A stretch of DNA of 64,000 bases from Camelus ferus (lineage: Eukaryota): positions 103,106,001 to 103,170,000 of the forward strand of contig NC_045697.1 of assembly GCF_009834535.1 (NCBI RefSeq), written 5' to 3'. A program made the translations under genes and the position numbers. Shown piece by piece: positions 61,259-64,000 of the stretch. The notes under the pieces are model-generated. The model was given only the letters and a program-made list of their open reading frames with translations, did no database searches and was not told where the DNA came from. Position 1 is the stretch's first letter. Every line of letters starts with the position of its first letter.

Positions 61259-63354
61259 TAAGCTTCCTTTGTAATTCGCACCTGGCTGGGTCACCATAAC
61301 TGATCGAGAATGCTCTTAGAAGGAGGAGGGTATTGTAAACCCCTGAGAGACTTCCCTGGACTTTCGCGTTGTGTATTTTCCTGGGTTAATGTCAGGGGGA
61401 AGAAGAGCTACATGTCAGAATCACTTGGATTCCCTATTTAGTATTCATAAAATTATGTATAACTCCATACTCTTTAAGAGTTAAAAAAATGAGTATTTGG
61501 TTAAAATGTAGATAAAATGTATTCTCTGCTCAGGCAAGAGGTGCTCCTGCAAATTTCACTTTTTTTCTTGCCTAGTTTTTTCCACTTTGGGGAGATGGAA
61601 TATTCCCTCAGAGCAGGAGGCAAGTCGATTCCTCTCCCCTCAGCCTCGTATTGTCTGTCGATGAATTCAAGTGTTGAGGTCCAGAAGACATTTTCTGAGT
61701 ATTTACTATAAACCAAGCCCTGTGTTAGGTCCACAAAAAACATTGATTTCAGTTTAATATGGTAGCTGAAACCATAGAAATAAGTAATCAGCACAAGGCA
61801 AGGAGATTTTATCACTGTCTCTGGTGGGGGAAGGGGTATTGTGCTTCTGGAAAGATCTCCATAAATCAGGTTCTTCTAAGCTGGTAGAGGAGGTGGAGAG
61901 AACAGGAGGGCTGCCTGGAGGAGAGAGCACACAAAGGCAGGGAGCACTTAATCCCAGGTGTTACCTGAGAGCTGTGAGAAGCTCAGTGAGTTTGAGACAG
62001 AAATCATCAGTGAGGATGTGGGAAAATGAGCCCTCGTTACGCAGTCTGTCCCTCTGTATGTTAATTGTCAAATACCTTGTCCAAATTCTGGAAATCTATT
62101 TGAAAATCAATTGGATTATTAGCTCCAACTTGAAACATGAGGAGTACTTCAAGTAATACCCTAATAAATATTAGTTATTTTGCCTCCCAGGGCTTTCCAA
62201 ATTATCAAAACAAAGTTGAAAGCTGAGATATCTCAGAAGTATTTTCCAATCGGATGCCTTGTCTGGTGTATTCCAATGAGCTACGGTCTCTGGATTTTTG
62301 ATAGCTCTCGAGTATGTTGACACTTGAGTTAACTTTGAAAGTCCCTTTGCTAATTCTGTGAGTGCCGAGGCACCCCTGGGCCAGCTAGGGGAATCTTCAA
62401 GCACTGCTGGGGTCCTCTCTGGAAAGAAATAGTATTTGAAAGCTAGATCCAAATAGATCCACAAACCAGAGTAGAAAAAAATGTAATAACTGAAAAAATG
62501 CGTAATTACGACATCTGGTGAAAACGTTAAAGGTTTGAATTTGTTTCCTATTCAGAGTATGATCATTATGTGAATCATTCCAGCCAGGGCACCCTGTGAC
62601 ATTGCAAGCCACAAAGAGCATCAGCTTGCGAGGTTTATCTGGTTCTTGGAACCTCAGAAATGTAAATATATCCTTTGCATAACTACTGCTTATTGTATTA
62701 CAGGCTAAGAAACAGTGTTATAAATGAAGGTGAAGGGCAGATTCAGTTCATTTTGAAAGTACTGATTATATTCTAAATTTGCTTTTGTTTTTAATCTTTT
62801 TTCTTGGTTAATTTTAGCCCCAAGGACAAATGTCTTAAGTTCTGCGCCAAAGCTGTTTGATTAAAATTTTGTAAGGCTATCAAGAGACATTGTTACACTG
62901 CTATAAAATCAGCATGGTCCAAGGGGGATTAATGAATAAAATATGAAATGACTGATCATTTAAAATGTAAGTCAGGAAAATAGGAAGGTATACAAAACAC
63001 ACTACTTTTTATTCACCTTATTTATTCACCACGTACACTGAATACCCATAGTGTGCAGGGCAGAAGAAACTTGGTAGAAGTCCTGATCATTTGGTTCTGA
63101 ATCAGTTTTAACAGCAAATATGTAAAACTTATGACATGCGAAAAAAAAAAAAAAGAAAGAAAGGAAGAAAGAAAAGGATCCTGCCTTGAGAGAAGGGAGA
63201 TTAGTGTGGAACAGAACTTAAGGTATTATGGAATATTGGTATCAATTCCAGTTGTCTGCCAAGATTAAAATAAGAGTGGCATTTTGCAATTCCTAAGAAA
63301 GGGATATGGCTCAAGTATAATTTTTTGTCTTGATGCTTTGTTTATTCATTAAAG

Positions 63355-63520
63355 TATTCATTTATTCATTCATTCATTCATTCATCAAATATTACTAAGG
63401 TCCTACTACGGGTAAGGTCTTTTAGACCAGATGCGGGGATGACATCAGTGATCAAAACATACACAGACCTCGCCTTCCTAGAGCTTATAGTCTGGTGAGG
63501 GAAACAATCACCAGGACACA
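63355..63520 (-). mobile_element. LINE-2 3' end with (ATTC)n tail
   Basis: TTCATTCATTCATTCATCAAATATTACTAAGGTCCTACTA..CCTTCCTAGAGCTTATAGTCTGGTGAGG. Confidence 0.7.
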
Positions 63521-63574
63521 AACCATCTGTACTTTGAAGGAAACAAATAGGGAGCTTTGTTAAAAACAGAGAGA

Positions 63575-64000
63575 GATGGCAGTTTCTTATAAAACTAAAC
63601 GTAGTCTTACTCTGTGATCTAGCAATCGTGCTCCTCAGTATTTGCCTGATTTGCAAATCTATGTCTGTACAAAAACCTGCACGTGAATGTTTACAGCCAC
63701 TTTATTCATAATTGCCCCAAACTGGAGGAAACCAGATGTCCTTCAATAGGTGTGAACAGATAAACAAACTAGTACATCTATGCAGTGAACAGCAGTCAGC
63801 AATAAAAGGAAGTCACAAAGAGACATGGATGAATCTTAGCTCCATAGTCCTGAGTGAAAGAAGCCAGTATTAAAAAGTCACATTCTGTCAGATTTAAGTT
63901 GTATGATCGTCGGGAAAAGCAAAACTAAGACAGTAAACAGATCAGTGATTGTCAGGGGATGGGACTGGGTTGAGTAAATGAAGCACGGGGATTTTTTAAG
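63575..64000 (+). mobile_element. LINE-1 (L1MC/MB-like) 3' fragment running off the window
   Basis: GGCAGTTTCTTATAAAACTAAAC..GATCTAGCAATCG..AAAAACCTGCACGTGAATGTTTACAGC..ACATGGATGAATCTT..CTGAGTGAAAGAAGCCAG. Confidence 0.85.

Overview
Mammalian genomic DNA, most likely a camelid: it carries seven copies of a tRNA-Ala-derived SINE resembling the camelid vic-1 family, plus cetartiodactyl-type L1 3' ends. The window holds the complete MMAA gene on the + strand (mitochondrial cobalamin-trafficking G3E GTPase, MeaB/ArgK family). It has a CpG-island promoter, a non-coding exon 1 ending at 23581, and six coding exons (34885-35329, 37609-37731, 41085-41255, 42584-42669, 44450-44599, 45573-45860; 1263 nt, 420 aa). 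Downstream lie the promoter and first coding exon (61025-61257) of the C4orf51 orthologue. The rest is intergenic or intronic DNA with L1, L2, MIR, MLT1/MER21 LTRs, MER-type DNA transposons, a Charlie/Buster hAT transposase fossil, microsatellites and three N gaps. There is no prokaryotic or CRISPR-type system. The best leads are: (i) a perfect RFX X-box in the C4orf51 promoter plus an Mn-type microtubule-inner-protein motif in its exon 1, suggesting a sperm-flagellar/ciliary role; (ii) SINE copies that still fold as tRNA-Ala cloverleaves, one with a CGC anticodon and a perfect acceptor stem including G3:U70; (iii) a rare GAG splice acceptor on MMAA exon 6; (iv) co-oriented CTCF motifs bracketing MMAA. 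Repeat family names and comparisons with human proteins come from recall of consensus sequences, not from a database search. Repeat boundaries are approximate unless target-site duplications (TSDs) are given.
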